From the NCBI RefSeq assembly GCF_964355755.1, contig NC_092678.1, positions 11,158,352-11,222,351 on the forward strand: 64,000 nucleotides of DNA, written 5' to 3'. The DNA comes from Antedon mediterranea. Taxonomy: Eukaryota > Animalia > Echinodermata. Shown here piece after piece: positions 62,614-64,000 of the stretch; within the stretch, counting starts at the first letter, position 1; each line of letters begins with the position of its first letter. The position numbers and the translations under genes are program-made. Under the pieces are notes generated by a model. That model saw nothing but the letters and a program-made list of their open reading frames with translations. It did no database searches and was not told the DNA's origin.

Positions 62614-63387
62614 TAGACCATTTTGTGCATTTCGATGAAACTTGGTTACACAAATATATCAAAGTGCTTAAAATCACATTTAAAACCGTTTTAGACCATT
62701 TTAAGCATTTCGATAAAACCTTTTACACAAAAATATCAAAGTCCACAAAATAGCTTAATATCGTATTTGGAAACGTTTTAGACCATTTTGAGCATTCCGA
62801 CAAAACTTTTTCAAACAAAACATCAAAGTGTACAGAATAGCTTCAAATCGCTTTTAGTGACGTTTTAGACCATTTTGAGCATTTCGATGAAACTTGGTTA
62901 CTCAAATATATCAAAGTGCTTAAAATCACATTTGAAACCGTTTTAGACCATTTTGAGTATTTCAATAAACTTTATACACAAAAATATCAAAGTGCACAAA
63001 ATAGCTTAACATCGTATTTGGAAACGTTTTAGACCATTTTGAGCATTTCGACAAAACTTGTTCACACAAAACATCAAAGTGTACAGAAAAGCTTATTATC
63101 CCATTTGGAAACGTTTTAAACCATATTGAGCATTTCGACAAAACATTTTCAAACAAAACATCAAAGTGCTAAGAATAGCTTGAAATCGCATTTGGAGACG
63201 TTTTATACCATTTTGTGCATTTCGATGAAACTTGGTTACACAAATATATCAAGGTGCTTAAAATCACATTTCAAACCGTTTTAAACCATTTTGAGCATTT
63301 CGACAAAACTTTTTCAAACAAAACATCAAAGTGCTAAGAATAGCTTGAAATCGCATTTGGAGACGTTTTAGACCATTTTGTGTATTT

Positions 63388-63521
63388 GACGTGAATGAGT
63401 TATGGTTAAACTTTAAATGTAAATTTATTGCAGCTATTAATGATGTTGTACCACTAAGGTCGGCCAAAAGGCGCCCTAAAAACCTTGGATCTCAAGGGAG
63501 ATTCTTAGTTTAATTAGAAAA
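63388..63521 (+). pseudogene. Short CR1-group LINE ORF2 linker fragment
   Basis: DVNELWLNFKCKFIAAINDVVP.../KPWISREILSLIRK. Confidence 0.6.
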
Positions 63522-63522
63522 A

Positions 63523-63559
63523 CTAGATGGTACGCTCGCTTCGCTCGCGTACCATCTAG
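63523..63559 (-). mobile_element. Helitron-like 3' terminus; the element probably extends to the right
   Basis: 13-bp perfect stem CTAGATGGTACGC/GCGTACCATCTAG around GAGCGAAGCGA, ending CTAG|TTTT on the minus strand exactly where LINE homology stops. Confidence 0.55.
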
Positions 63560-64000
63560 GTCGTGTCCACAGATGGCTCTCGAATACGTACCGCAGGACT
63601 ATAGTACATTGTCGTTTACAGAAACGAATAAATAGACACGATGATTTATGTAAAATTAGCACCCTGGGAATTAGGCCTTGTCTTAAAAAAATGAGTCCCA
63701 ATTTTTTATTTGAACTCATTTAAACAAACCCAATTTGTGTTTTGTATATAACATTAGAGTTGAGGGATGGGGAAGAGGATGGGAAGAACAATTTTAAAAT
63801 ATATTCTCTATCCACCTAGTAACGAAATATTGTTTTAAATGTTGTATAGGCCTATTAATAATATACCACTAAACACAGTAAAACATTTACGATTTATAAT
63901 ACTTTTTTAAAACTGTCCCTGTTATACGGTAGTCAATTGAAATAGTAAAGTCCATGTAACGATACACCACTACGACGTTTATATTTTTTTATAATTATTA

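Larger units (their letters stand above)
56352..63385. repeat. Second satellite family, about 87-bp monomers with a recurrent 78-bp variant, interrupted by two insertions (visible at 56352-56606, 60246-60286, 62614-63385)
   Basis: Anchor CGTTTTAGACCATTTTGAGCATTTCG recurs at spacings 87, 87, 78, 86, 87, 87, 78, 87 in 62688-63365. Confidence 0.9.

Overview
AT-rich metazoan (probably invertebrate) repeat-dense DNA, with no prokaryotic features. Bases 1-48162 are a tandem array of a 50-bp satellite (TGATTAATTACTGGCCATTGTATTGAGTTGTACCATTGAATGGAACAAAA; about 36 kb of satellite) with local higher-order repeats. Two apparently young, intact retroelements interrupt it: a BEL/Pao LTR retrotransposon (9891-17665, minus strand, 492-bp LTRs, GATTA TSD, one 2182-aa ORF) and a CR1/L2-group LINE with both ORFs intact (41533-46005). 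The right flank is a mosaic: a Helentron-like element carrying a tRNA-like segment, a 36-bp minisatellite, orphan exons including an ALKBH2-like exon between two pieces of a decayed Tx1 LINE, and a second 87/78-bp satellite carrying an Academ-like DNA transposon and an RTE LINE. The main finding is in the BEL element. It has no tRNA-type primer-binding site; instead the 16 nt abutting the 5' LTR are the perfect complement of a 16-nt stretch inside its own LTR, in the geometry used by self-priming Tf1/sushi elements, and its U5 end is AA rather than CA. All coordinates and comparisons were made by eye.
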